IMG/VR virus record: IMGVR_UViG_3300013845_000001 | Coordinates: 62,001 to 126,000 of that record | DNA length: 64,000 bases | Origin: an uncultured virus (IMG/VR IMGVR_UViG_3300013845_000001) | Lineage: Duplodnaviria > Heunggongvirae > Uroviricota > Caudoviricetes | Reading direction: 5' to 3' (one strand) | Part shown: positions 40,403 through 50,096 of the stretch, in pieces | Position numbering within the stretch: the first letter of the stretch is position 1 | Layout of the letters: every line of letters starts with the position of its first letter | Position numbers and translations under genes: made by a program | The notes under the pieces: generated by a model | What the model saw: only the letters and a program-made list of their open reading frames with translations | Databases searched by the model: none | Told to the model about the DNA's origin: nothing

Positions 40403-40657
40403 ATGGAATTTTTAAATGAATTTATGTTACCAGTGGTTTTAGGTATCTGTTTGTGTGTGGGTTTTGTTGTAAAGAAATGGGTGGATGATGTTGATAATAA
40501 GTTTATTCCTACAATTTGTGCAGTACTTGGTGTATTTCTGTCCATCTGGATTAGCAATTGGGTAATTACTCCTCAGATTGTATTATCGGGCCTAATTTCA
40601 GGATTATCTGCAACAGGCGGATACGAATTATTTAAACAGTATTTAGAAAAGAAGTGA
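40403..40657 (+). CDS. Holin
   Basis: 84 aa, three hydrophobic segments, NKFIP and SGLSATG motifs. Confidence 0.85.
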   Translation: MEFLNEFMLPVVLGICLCVGFVVKKWVDDVDNKFIPTICAVLGVFLSIWISNWVITPQIVLSGLISGLSATGGYELFKQYLEKK

Positions 40658-40692
40658 TTTGTGATGTTTACGAAAGGCGGGATATATGATGC

Positions 40693-41202
40693 ATGAACGA
40701 ATTAAAGTCACTATTACAAGTTGATTTCCCACTTGTACTTTCAAGTATACTTATAATTTTTACGGGATTTAAAGGCATCGTTACTCTTTTAGAGTGGGTA
40801 GCTGACAAGACTGGACTGGAATTTAAGTGGCTTAGAAAAAAGCGTGAAGATCACGAATTGTTGATGAAGACGGCTAGCGAGTTGGTTGAGTTAAGAAACC
40901 AAAGAAATATAGATGTAGAAGAATCTATTAAACATGATGTGGCAATCAGGTCAGACTTGGCTGAATTAAAAACTATGTTTATCGACAGAGAAATTGATAC
41001 CATGAGGTGGGAAATAATTAATTTTTCCACTAAAATCTCGGAGGGCAAATCTTGCAATAAGGACAGTTACAAACACTGTCTTCGAATTTACGAAAAATAT
41101 GAGAAGATGCTTGAAGATAATCATATGACTAACGGAGAAGTAGATTTATCAATGGAAATTGTAAACGAGTCATATAAGGAAAAACTAAAGAATGGATTTT
41201 AA
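40693..41202 (+). CDS. Membrane-anchored coiled-coil protein next to holin
   Basis: N-terminal TM; YEK....H.TNG motif. Confidence 0.7.
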   Translation: MNELKSLLQVDFPLVLSSILIIFTGFKGIVTLLEWVADKTGLEFKWLRKKREDHELLMKTASELVELRNQRNIDVEESIKHDVAIRSDLAELKTMFIDREIDTMRWEIINFSTKISEGKSCNKDSYKHCLRIYEKYEKMLEDNHMTNGEVDLSMEIVNESYKEKLKNGF

Positions 41203-41282
41203 GTTGAAAGGGCGATTTCATTTCGAAGTCGCTCTTTTGGTATATCAAAACGGAGAATATTAAGATGGGAGGTGATAATTAA

Positions 41283-42401
41283 ATGTTTAAATCGTATAAG
41301 TATCGAATATATCCTAACGCACAACAAGAAGATCTTATTCAGAAAACCTTTGGAAGTTGCAGGTTTGTGTATAATCAGACTCTTTCGTATAGAAAAAAGC
41401 TATATGAAGTCGAAGGAAAATCATTAAGTAAATTAGACTGTAAAGCTTATATGAGTCGCACTTTAAAGAAAGAACACACGTGGTTAAGTGAAGTTGATAA
41501 ATTTTCTTTAGAAAATTCGATATTTGATCTTGATTTTGCTTATAAAATGTTCTTTAAAAGCCACGCGGGGTATCCTAAGTACAAAAGTAAACACAACAAT
41601 AGGAATTCATATAAAACAAATTGTAACTATTGTGGAAAACCAACCATTGAAGTTTCTTTTGAAGAAAGCGAAATTAAACTTCCAAAGCTAAGATGGGTAA
41701 AAGCAAAGATTCATAGAGAATTTATAGGTAAAATAAAATCAGCAACAATTTCACAAGTACCATCTGGTAAGTATTTCGTATCTATATTAATAGAAACAGA
41801 ACATATTCCACTGGAATCTACTGGTCATATGATAGGTATAGATCTTGGCATTAAAGATTTACTTATCACTTCCGATAGAGAAAAGTTTGATAATGTTCGC
41901 CCCACTAAAAAATATGAATATAAATTGGCGAAAGAACAACGTAAACTCTCTTGTAAACAAAAGGGTAGTAAGAATTGGAATAAACAAAGGATCAAAGTAG
42001 CTAAAGTCTATGAAAAAATTCATAATACCAGAATTGATAATCTACATAAAATTACACACAAACTAATCAGCGATAACCAAGTGATAGTTAGTGAGAATTT
42101 GGCAGTTTCAAACATGGTAAAGAATCACAATCTTGCAAAAGCAATAACTGATTGTGGGTGGTATGAACTTACGAGACAATTACAGTATAAGGCTGATTGG
42201 AATAATCGAGATTATATCAAAATCGGTAGATTTGTTCCAAGTAGTCAGTTGTGTTCTAATTGTGGTTATCAGAATCCAGACACAAAGAATTTATCTGTTA
42301 GAGAATGGACTTGTCCTATATGTGTAACTATTCACGACAGAGACGTTAATGCTGCAAAGAATATATTAAATGAGGGATTAAGGCTATTAAGTGTATCTTA
42401 G
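41283..42401 (+). CDS. tnpB: IS200/IS605-family RNA-guided endonuclease TnpB
   Basis: YKYRIYP HTH; RuvC GIDLG, ENL and DRDVNAAKN; Zn finger CSNC..CPIC. Confidence 0.95.
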   Translation: MFKSYKYRIYPNAQQEDLIQKTFGSCRFVYNQTLSYRKKLYEVEGKSLSKLDCKAYMSRTLKKEHTWLSEVDKFSLENSIFDLDFAYKMFFKSHAGYPKYKSKHNNRNSYKTNCNYCGKPTIEVSFEESEIKLPKLRWVKAKIHREFIGKIKSATISQVPSGKYFVSILIETEHIPLESTGHMIGIDLGIKDLLITSDREKFDNVRPTKKYEYKLAKEQRKLSCKQKGSKNWNKQRIKVAKVYEKIHNTRIDNLHKITHKLISDNQVIVSENLAVSNMVKNHNLAKAITDCGWYELTRQLQYKADWNNRDYIKIGRFVPSSQLCSNCGYQNPDTKNLSVREWTCPICVTIHDRDVNAAKNILNEGLRLLSVS

Positions 42402-42527
42402 ATGATATTAGTACGGCAGGAACTGTCGGAATTTACGCTTGTGGAGATAGTAGGTTACGAGGTCAGCGAAGCAAGAAATTGTGTTAATTTATATCACAAT
42501 TGTTCACCGACAATAAGTTGATGCAAA
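42402..42527 (+). ncRNA. Putative TnpB omegaRNA 3' scaffold/right end plus guide
   Basis: GTACGGCAGGAACTGTCGGAATTTACGCTTGTGGAG..AAGCAAGAA, hairpin, then TTCAC ending at 42507; inferred guide CGACAATAAGTTGATGCAAA. Confidence 0.6.
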
Positions 42528-42646
42528 AGTTTGGTCTATATATGAAATATAGGCCCGTTACATATGTTACTAAAAAGGGATTAGAATACATTCGTAAGAT
42601 TCTTCGCAAGGACGGGTATTATGATTGCGATTTAGTGACTGAATAA
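42521..42646 (+). pseudogene. Remnant of an antirepressor (KilAC/ANT) C-terminus
   Basis: VTYVTKKGLEYIRKIL motif, no SD, directly after the IS right end. Confidence 0.55.
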
Positions 42647-42691
42647 AAATATAGACACGACTCCACTAGTTGATGTGGTGGAGTTTTTATT

Positions 42692-42898
42692 ATGCTGAAA
42701 AAGGAGAAATATATGAATTTTGATAGGAATTTACCTAGAGAAATGCAGTGGAATATATCGTTAGATGAAGATTTCGACGGGTCAAAGAAAAAGATACTCA
42801 ATATTCTTAAAGAACAAAAAGTATCTTTATCCAAAACAAGAGCTTTGTTTAATAGTATTTTAGATGAAATTGAAGATCTCAACCCGATCACATTATAG
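42692..42898 (+). CDS. Hypothetical protein
   Basis: Short ORF; AAGGAG precedes an internal ATG. Confidence 0.5.
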   Translation: MLKKEKYMNFDRNLPREMQWNISLDEDFDGSKKKILNILKEQKVSLSKTRALFNSILDEIEDLNPITL

Positions 42899-43075
42899 AA
42901 ACTTAATGTTATGATATTCACTTTCAATCGCATCACATATAATACTGGATATCTTTGCAATCTCTGCTATTTGGTCAGGAATATTCATTTGACTGCAGTT
43001 TAATAATCGATTTTGCTTAACATATTCCATTGTAAGCTGATGTGCGAGTTGTTTGCCTTCTTGCGTTTGAAGCAT
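42893..43075 (-). CDS. Hypothetical protein (moron-like)
   Basis: AAGGAGGTG SD and TATAAT upstream on the minus strand. Confidence 0.65.
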   Translation of the reverse strand: MLQTQEGKQLAHQLTMEYVKQNRLLNCSQMNIPDQIAEIAKISSIICDAIESEYHNIKFL

Positions 43076-43140
43076 GTGACACCTCCTTAATATTGATACA
43101 TGAATTATAGCATTTTATAAAAAGAAAAGGAAGTGAAGTT

Positions 43141-43593
43141 ATAAACAGAACTAAATTTAATGTATCCAAAGATATAGATAAGAGAACTTATGATGGAATC
43201 GTGTTTGATTCAGTATTAGAAATGAAATACTACAGAGACGTTCTATTACCGCTGGTGAAGAGTGGTGATGTGGTAAATTATGAATTGCAAAAACCATACG
43301 AGTTACAACCAAAGTTCGTACACGATACGAAATCAGTTCAGCCAATTAAATATGTGGCTGACTTTTTTATTGTTTATAAAGATGGGCATGAAGAAGTTAT
43401 AGATACAAAAGGTTGTCCAGACAGTGTCGCCACTTTAAAGAGGAAATTGTTTTGGTACCACTACCCCACCGTAAATTATAAATGGATTTGTTATTCAAAA
43501 ATTGACGGAGGCTGGTGTGAATATGAAACCGTTAAGAAAGCAAGGTCTGAACGGAAACGAATAAAGAAAAGCTCTATCAATAACAGAGTTTAA
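43141..43593 (+). CDS. DUF1064-family PD-(D/E)xK nuclease
   Basis: RTYDGIVFDS..E, YVADF..DTKG; probable ATA start at 43141. Confidence 0.85.
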   Translation: MNRTKFNVSKDIDKRTYDGIVFDSVLEMKYYRDVLLPLVKSGDVVNYELQKPYELQPKFVHDTKSVQPIKYVADFFIVYKDGHEEVIDTKGCPDSVATLKRKLFWYHYPTVNYKWICYSKIDGGWCEYETVKKARSERKRIKKSSINNRV

Positions 43594-43789
43594 TATACAT
43601 CACCATAAGATACCAACATTGGTAAAACTACACAAAGGAAATTGTCAAAACAACGCTTAAGACAGAATAACCAACGCTTATGTAAGGTTGCACAACCGCA
43701 ACGCATTATGTGCTATATTGTACATAATAAATTTATTAGTAAATGCAGATACTATCTTCATAAAATAAAACTTATAAAGGTGGCATTGC

Positions 43790-43999
43790 ATGAAAATTAA
43801 ACTGCGCAGTTTAAGAATTAAACAACACATGTCTATGGAAGATTTGGCAATAAAAGCTTTGATTAGCAAATCTACAATAAGCAGGATTGAATCTGGGGAT
43901 ATGATTCCGTCTATTGATATATTGTGTAGGTTATGCGTAGCTCTTGGCGTCACTTTAAACGACATGGTGGACTGCAAAGGAGGTTTTTATGATGACTGA
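43790..43999 (+). CDS. XRE-family HTH regulator
   Basis: MSMEDLA..ISKSTISRIESG..PS. Confidence 0.9.
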   Translation: MKIKLRSLRIKQHMSMEDLAIKALISKSTISRIESGDMIPSIDILCRLCVALGVTLNDMVDCKGGFYDD

Positions 44000-44237
44000 A
44001 TTTATTATTGATGGTGGTGTAGGTGTGGAATTTAATCCAATACAAGATGTGGTTGAAAAACAAACTGTAAAAGTAGTGTGTTTTGCTGATGATGGAGCTT
44101 TCGAGTTTCGTGTGTTAGAAAAGGCTATTATACCATTATATGATGTGCATGAATTTATTAAATCTAGATTCAATCTACATAGAAATGCTAAATGGTTATT
44201 GTTGCCACATGAGGTAGAAATTAGTGAAACTGAATAA
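43989..44237 (+). CDS. Hypothetical protein
   Basis: AGGAGG SD, coupled to the XRE gene. Confidence 0.7.
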   Translation: MMTEFIIDGGVGVEFNPIQDVVEKQTVKVVCFADDGAFEFRVLEKAIIPLYDVHEFIKSRFNLHRNAKWLLLPHEVEISETE

Positions 44238-44296
44238 TAGTATATTTTAAGAGCTGATCGCGATGGTCGGCTCTTATTTAAATTGGAGGAAAATCT

Positions 44297-44503
44297 ATGA
44301 TTAATTATATTAAATCAAAGTTATTCTTTGCGAAACTTAAGATGGAGTTATATAAAGCGTTATCTCACAGCGAAGATTATTTAGAGATGTTCACAAAGTT
44401 GGCTGTTGCTTCTAAGGATATGACACCCGAAGAAGTAAAAAGTGAATTTCTTAAGGAGTTTGCTGGTGTCGTCCATGATTATGTACATAGAGATGATAAG
44501 TAA
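44297..44503 (+). CDS. Hypothetical protein
   Basis: GGAGG SD. Confidence 0.7.
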   Translation: MINYIKSKLFFAKLKMELYKALSHSEDYLEMFTKLAVASKDMTPEEVKSEFLKEFAGVVHDYVHRDDK

Positions 44504-44943
44504 TGGCTAGAACTTTTAAATCTTTTATTGAAATGGAAAACTTTATTGACTCAGCATGTGAAAATGCCGTAAAGAAAACTTGCAATAGATTACTTGGGAC
44601 TTTGCAAGAATTAATTATGTCAGAATACTATGATGCGTATGAACCCAAACAGTACCAAAGAACTATGCAGTTCTATGAATCAGCAATGACAGAAATGCTT
44701 ACTAGTACTTGTGGACAGATCTTTATGAATCCAGACAAGATGGATTATCCTTTTAGCGGAAGGGGTTGGTCATGGGACGGCGCTACTCAGATATCCGCTG
44801 CTAATGAAGGAATTCATGGTGGCTGGACAACTAAAGAGTCAGTACAACATAGATACTGGGATGAATTTGAAAGTTATTGTGATAACAACGCTCTGAAAAT
44901 TCTCAAAGAGGAACTTAAAAGGGCGGGCGTAGATACAAAATAA
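44503..44943 (+). CDS. Virion morphogenesis protein (HK97 gp10-like neck protein)
   Basis: YYDAYEPKQYQRT motif; directly before the tape measure gene. Confidence 0.6.
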   Translation: MARTFKSFIEMENFIDSACENAVKKTCNRLLGTLQELIMSEYYDAYEPKQYQRTMQFYESAMTEMLTSTCGQIFMNPDKMDYPFSGRGWSWDGATQISAANEGIHGGWTTKESVQHRYWDEFESYCDNNALKILKEELKRAGVDTK

Positions 44944-45041
44944 AATCTCCACCATATTATAGTCAACATTTATTTATTAACCCACTCTCCTTTCACACAA
45001 GGGGAGTTTTTTATTGTGTAAATTTTTGAGAGGAGAATTAT

Positions 45042-46595
45042 ATGGCTGATTTTAGAACTCTCGTAGAACTTATATTTGATAAAGCAAAAGCGAGAAATGA
45101 ATTAAATAGCATTTTAAAGGAATTACAAAAAGACGCCAATTTAAAAACGGAAATAAAAGTCGGTACTTCTGAGGCAAAAAAGGATTTAAATGAAACCGCT
45201 TCAGCAATTGGGAAGATTGTAACTGAATCTAGGCAGTTGTCAAAAGTTAATACAATTAAGACATGGGCTGACAACAACACTAAAGCCATGAAGATGTTTG
45301 GTGATCAGATTCAGGACATCATCACCAAAATGGGAAAGGCTAATCTTTCGCTGTCTGATTTTAAAGGTCTAGATGCCGATTTTAATAGGATTAAAATAGC
45401 GTCCAGAGATATGAATTTACTTGGTAAGACCTGGGGTGATTCGTTTAAGGCAGACGCAAGCAAATTTGCTTCATGGTTGCTTCCTTCTGGCGGAATCATG
45501 ACTGCCATTAGTGGACTACGTAAAATGAAGGACTCTATCGTTGACATAGATACTGCTCTGACTAATCTCTATAAAGTATCCGATGAAACTGGTTCAAAAT
45601 ATAGACAGGTTCTTCAAAGTTCTAATGTGGAGGCTCAAAAACTTGGCAGAACTGTATCCAGTCTTATTGAACAAACTGCAACATGGAAAAAGCTTGGTTT
45701 TACTATAGATGAATCTTCTGAACTTTCAAAAGTATCTTCTATTTATGCTAACGTAGGCGAAGTATCAGATGACGTTGCTGTTTCTGATTTAGTAACCGCA
45801 ATGAAAGCCTTTAACATTGCTGGCTCAGACAGTATAACAATTGTAGATTCGCTTAACAAGCTAGGTAATGAGTTTGCTACTGATTCCGCTTCGTTAGGTG
45901 AAGGTCTTAAAAATTCTGCATCTTCTCTACGTCTTGCTGGAAATGATATTAATCAAACTCTTGCAATGCTAACAGGTGGTACAGAAATTATTCAAAACGC
46001 AGGAGAAATGGGTAATGCTCTGAAAATACTAAGTATGAGAATACGAGGTATGAAGGGCGAGCTAGAAGCACTCGGAGAAGAATATGACAATGTGGAGTCA
46101 ATATCAAAAATACAAACCCAGATCTTGAATCGTACTGGCGGTACAGTAAATATATTTGACAATAATGGAAACTTCAAATCTACATATGAAATACTAAAGG
46201 GAATATCGGAAGTATGGGATAAAATTTCTCAAACCGACCAGGCTGACCTTTTAGAAGTTATCGCAGGCAAACAACGCGGCAACAGTGCTGCAGCTTTAAT
46301 TCAATCATTCCAATCTGGTCAAGTACAAAAGGCTCTTGAAGCTTCAACAAAATCCGCAGGATCGGCATATGAAGAACAAGAAAAATGGATGGAATCAATT
46401 GAGGCGAAGACCAAACAGTACGAAGCCTCGTTCCAGTCACTATCACAAACTATTATTAATTCAAATTTCTTAAAGTTTCTTATAGATTCTGGTACGACAT
46501 TTAATAATGTATTAGATAAGACAATAAACGGCTTTGGTGTTTTGTCTACTACGCTTTCCGGTGCTGGTATAGCGGCATTCATTAAAAACTACGGT
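45042..46595 (+). CDS. Tail tape measure protein, exon 1 (TP901-type core)
   Basis: IDTALTNLYKV, LNKLGNEFA, GNALKILSMRIRG, AGKQRGN; ends ..KNYG with the stop supplied by the first intron codon. Confidence 0.92.
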
Positions 46596-47112
46596 TAACT
46601 CTGTAATAAGAGTTACGCTTAAATTTCCGAGGGATTTAAGTTGGCCTATCATGGGGAAGAATATATCATAATGGCGATATAAACAATTCCATGGGACGAA
46701 AGTTTTAAAATAAAAAGAGGATTAATTGCTTGAAAGTGTAATGCTCACTACTCTTCTATTTTAGAAGAAACCGAAAAATAAGGTAAATAAGTCAAACGGT
46801 TTACACACCGGAGTGAGATTTCTAGGGATAAAAAATAATTCCCGACAGATGTACAATCACCAACGAAGCAGCTAGCCCTATCTGTGTATCACGATGTATA
46901 ATCCGATGGTAACAATTGCGCAAGCAATGTCGGGATAAGATCATTAATGATAGGGAGTGTTCAGAGAGCACCACTCCTCACAGTACATGAAAGCCATATT
47001 TCATTGTGCTGTTAACGCATGTTCCAAAGTGTACACGATATCAACGCTTCACGAGGCGCTGGATATTATAATGTTGTAAAAGATATGGGCTACAGCCTAT
47101 CATTGAGCGTAA
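46596..47112 (+). ncRNA. Group I ribozyme core
   Basis: P AAUUGCUUGAAA (46724-46735); Q CGAAGCAGC (46864-46872); R GUUCAGAGAGCA (46959-46970); S AACGCAUGUUCC (47014-47025); P3 GAGGA/UCCUC; P6a CCCUAUC/GAUAGGG; P8 46980-47012. Confidence 0.85.
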
Positions 47113-47285
47113 TATGGAAAAGTTAATCGTTTCTATGTTATGTATCAAAATAGTTATGTAGATTCTCCCATATTTTTAAATAAAGTATTTATTCGCCTTT
47201 TTATATGATTGAATACTAATATAATGTACCATCCTATATATTGTTTGAATATAATACAATAAATCAAATGGAGATGTATAGAAAT

Positions 47286-47444
47286 ATGACGAAAAAAATT
47301 ATTAATTTGACCGAAGAAGGCGAAGCTCTAGGATATCCAAAAACTCCAGATTCTGAGATGATAGAGATGGGTATATTTGATGGAAAGATAATCAATTTTA
47401 TAAAAGTAATGTTTATAAAGATAGTTAAAATGATGAAAAGGTAG
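47286..47444 (+). CDS. Small hypothetical protein (intron cargo)
   Basis: GGAG SD, TATAAT upstream, hydrophobic/basic C-terminus, followed by a hairpin. Confidence 0.5.
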   Translation: MTKKIINLTEEGEALGYPKTPDSEMIEMGIFDGKIINFIKVMFIKIVKMMKR

Positions 47445-47457
47445 TCAATAGACTACC

Positions 47458-47619
47458 TTATTCCTCGTTCTTTTTATTTTTGTCGTTATCATTAACATGT
47501 TTAATTTCTGAGAACATCTCTACCACATATTCTGGTCTAGGCGTACTTGGATACTGTTCTCCTTTTTCATTGGTGTTATTAGTACTTGTCATCTTGATAA
47601 CATTTTCATCGTCTGACAT
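47458..47619 (-). CDS. 53-aa hydrophilic protein (intron cargo)
   Basis: GGAGGAG SD, overlaps the end of the membrane-protein gene. Confidence 0.6.
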   Translation of the reverse strand: MSDDENVIKMTSTNNTNEKGEQYPSTPRPEYVVEMFSEIKHVNDNDKNKKNEE

Positions 47620-48187
47620 TTATTTCTCCTCCTTCTATATGAATATTTTGTATATTATTATTATTTATAAATTTGGTCTCATAGTAATCAATACCGACAC
47701 CGAATGTATACGATAAAATAGATACTGCGAAAGTGATGCATATGAAATAACTCAACGATTTATGTTTCATGTTCTTTGTAATGTTCACATTTCTATTATG
47801 AATGGCTTCATTAATAAAACATTCACAGAGCATATTATTTACATGTATATCTGCTTTTTTAATATGCTTTTTATCTGTCATTTGATATGTTTGTGAGATC
47901 GCAACAGCCATATCTTTAATTGGGAAATAACTCATTTTATAGCCAGAGTATGCTTTATAAAACTTGTGCAAGCAAATTATAAATAAAATCGTTGACAAAG
48001 CGCAAAATATCAAGTAAACAATAGTACACCATGATAAAGAAAAACGAACAAATTGTGACCAAAGTAATATTTGTGCACTACCAAGTATTGTAAGAAACGT
48101 AATACAAGTATTAATTTTATTACTTAATCTATCGGAATATTCTATCTCCTTATAATATAAGTCTTTGTATTCTTCAAGCAATTCCAT
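47606..48187 (-). CDS. Three-TM membrane protein (intron cargo)
   Basis: Three hydrophobic helices; AAGGAG SD; topology reminiscent of Pycsar-effector/SLATT-like proteins. Confidence 0.8.
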   Translation of the reverse strand: MELLEEYKDLYYKEIEYSDRLSNKINTCITFLTILGSAQILLWSQFVRFSLSWCTIVYLIFCALSTILFIICLHKFYKAYSGYKMSYFPIKDMAVAISQTYQMTDKKHIKKADIHVNNMLCECFINEAIHNRNVNITKNMKHKSLSYFICITFAVSILSYTFGVGIDYYETKFINNNNIQNIHIEGGEINVRR

Positions 48188-48473
48188 ATGATGATGTTCT
48201 CCTTTGTATCATATGGAATATTTTACCATCGTCAATACAATAAAACAAGAAACAGATGTTTGTCGATGAGGATATAAAATCGACATATTTCGACATTTAT
48301 AATATTGAGTTAGTCATTAAGCTGTATATTAAAATAACATAAGCTGAACCCCTCTTTTATACTACAATCTTGCGTCTTACTAGCTTCATTGTTTTCAAAA
48401 TTTTTATACCTATCTGGAAATTTCTTCCACTCCATGATATAATAATTTTTAAAAGAGATACAGGAGGGATTGT

Positions 48474-49565
48474 ATGAAAAGGTTATTATCAATTGTATTA
48501 GTTTTTATTTTCTCTATTAGTTTACTCATGACGTCTTCTGCCGAAGAATATATGGGAGCATGGGTCACAGATGATATTGGAACTTGGTATCGATATAATG
48601 ATGGAACATATCCTTCTTCCTGTTTTATAAAGAAAGATAGAAAACTTTATTATATTAATCAAGATGGGTATGTAGCCCCTAATGTATCACTGTTTGGAGG
48701 ATATCAAACAGATTCTCAAGGAACAGTTATAGGATATACTACTAAAAATAATGTCTATTCTTTATTGCATACGTCTGATGGTTGGAGACAAGATGCAAAT
48801 GGTTGGTGGTATCAATACCCAGACGGTTCTTACCCTAAAAATACTGATATTACTGTAAATGGTAAACTTTATTGGTTAGGAATTGACGGATATATGTTGC
48901 ATGATTGTTATGCAAGAAATCATGGTTATTATGGAAGCGATGGCTCTTATGCTAATAAACTTGATAAAAATGCAAAGATTACTATACAGCAACCAGCATC
49001 AGATACAAGAAGCGATGGAGCCGGGGTTGAAAATACATCGAATGAAGCTTTTCTTAATCTAGTCCATCCAGTCGATATAATAGGTGGCGGCTTTGTTGAA
49101 AATTATGTGGGTGGAATAAGTCCTAGCGTCGCTTTTAGAAACAACTCGGGTAAAGATATAAAATATGTAACCCTTGAAATGACACCTTATAACAGAGTTG
49201 GAGATCCTGTGAATTGTACAATCCGAAACTATTCAACAACAACATGTAGAGCCACGGGTCCATACGCTCCTGATATGGGTGTTGGACAAGGAGCATATTC
49301 AATTACTTCTGGACTGGTACCAATATTTGATCATGATACAGATCACCCTTATTATTATACATCACGCACTTTCGAAAAGAGGGAATTAGAAAAGGCAGCA
49401 TATGCAAAGACATTTAATAACATGCCAGGTTGGGAAAATGTTTGGTATAATAGCAATATATATAAAATAAAAATCACAAAAGCTATTATTGATTATATGG
49501 ATGGTACAAGTGACACAATATCCTCTTTAGATATTACAATGTTCCACGACGATTCCCTCAATTAA
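48474..49565 (+). CDS. Secreted cell-wall-binding repeat protein (intron cargo)
   Basis: Signal peptide MKRLLSIVLV..SSA; GWRQDANGWWYQYPDGSYP-type repeats. Confidence 0.88.
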   Translation: MKRLLSIVLVFIFSISLLMTSSAEEYMGAWVTDDIGTWYRYNDGTYPSSCFIKKDRKLYYINQDGYVAPNVSLFGGYQTDSQGTVIGYTTKNNVYSLLHTSDGWRQDANGWWYQYPDGSYPKNTDITVNGKLYWLGIDGYMLHDCYARNHGYYGSDGSYANKLDKNAKITIQQPASDTRSDGAGVENTSNEAFLNLVHPVDIIGGGFVENYVGGISPSVAFRNNSGKDIKYVTLEMTPYNRVGDPVNCTIRNYSTTTCRATGPYAPDMGVGQGAYSITSGLVPIFDHDTDHPYYYTSRTFEKRELEKAAYAKTFNNMPGWENVWYNSNIYKIKITKAIIDYMDGTSDTISSLDITMFHDDSLN

Positions 49566-49596
49566 ACAAACAGTTAATTGATATAATATGAAATTC

Positions 49597-49630
49597 AAAA
49601 GACCTTTATCAACAAAGGTCTTTTTTCTTT
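49597..49630. terminator. Bidirectional intrinsic terminator inside the intron
   Basis: AAAAGACCTTT-ATCAAC-AAAGGTCTTTT followed by T-run, between convergent genes. Confidence 0.85.
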
Positions 49631-50036
49631 AAAATTTACTCCCACAATTATTGCATTTCCAAGTCTTACCGTTATCTCCCATGCCGAAAATTCCAAATGC
49701 AGCTATCTTTGCGACCTTTTTTGTTGCGGATATTTTAGAGAGGTTTGTGCTGCTACATGTGGGGCATTTTGGAATATTATTTTCTACCTGTTTTTGCGCC
49801 GCCCACATAGCCTCTTGCTCAGGAGTAGCTAAACCTACTGTTCTATTGCACTGAGGACAGATATATTCATTATTTTTTATTGAATAATTCATCTTGATCT
49901 TATTAGGCAACCCAAAATTACAATAAGGGCATTCTACTGTATTTTTTATTAGATCAAGATTAAAGCCACAATGTGGGCATGATTTTGCACTATCGCTAAT
50001 ATTATTATCGCATTCTGGACATTTAATTAAAGCCAT
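49629..50036 (-). CDS. Multi zinc-ribbon protein (intron cargo)
   Basis: MALIKCPEC..CPHCG, CPYC, CPQC, PKCPTCSS..WKCNNCG. Confidence 0.88.
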   Translation of the reverse strand: MALIKCPECDNNISDSAKSCPHCGFNLDLIKNTVECPYCNFGLPNKIKMNYSIKNNEYICPQCNRTVGLATPEQEAMWAAQKQVENNIPKCPTCSSTNLSKISATKKVAKIAAFGIFGMGDNGKTWKCNNCGSKF

Positions 50037-50067
50037 AAATATATTCCCCCACTTATTATTTATGCAT

Positions 50068-50096
50068 ATTATACTTCTATTTATTGTTTAATGCAA
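50068..50096 (-). promoter_or_regulatory. Sigma-A promoter for the zinc-ribbon gene, overlapping the 3' splice site
   Basis: TTGCAT (50096-50091)-17-TATAAT (50073-50068). Confidence 0.65.

Larger units (their letters stand above)
46596..50093 (+). mobile_element. Group I intron (3,498 nt) carrying cargo genes
   Basis: 5' exon ends in U paired with G; intron ends in G; in-frame ligation KNYG|QLKDLG; guide 46623-46646 complementary to both exons. Confidence 0.85.

Noticed and set aside
38921..45041. Tail assembly chaperone pair with programmed -1 frameshift
   Set aside because: No convincing slippery site with an overlapping downstream frame could be identified by eye.
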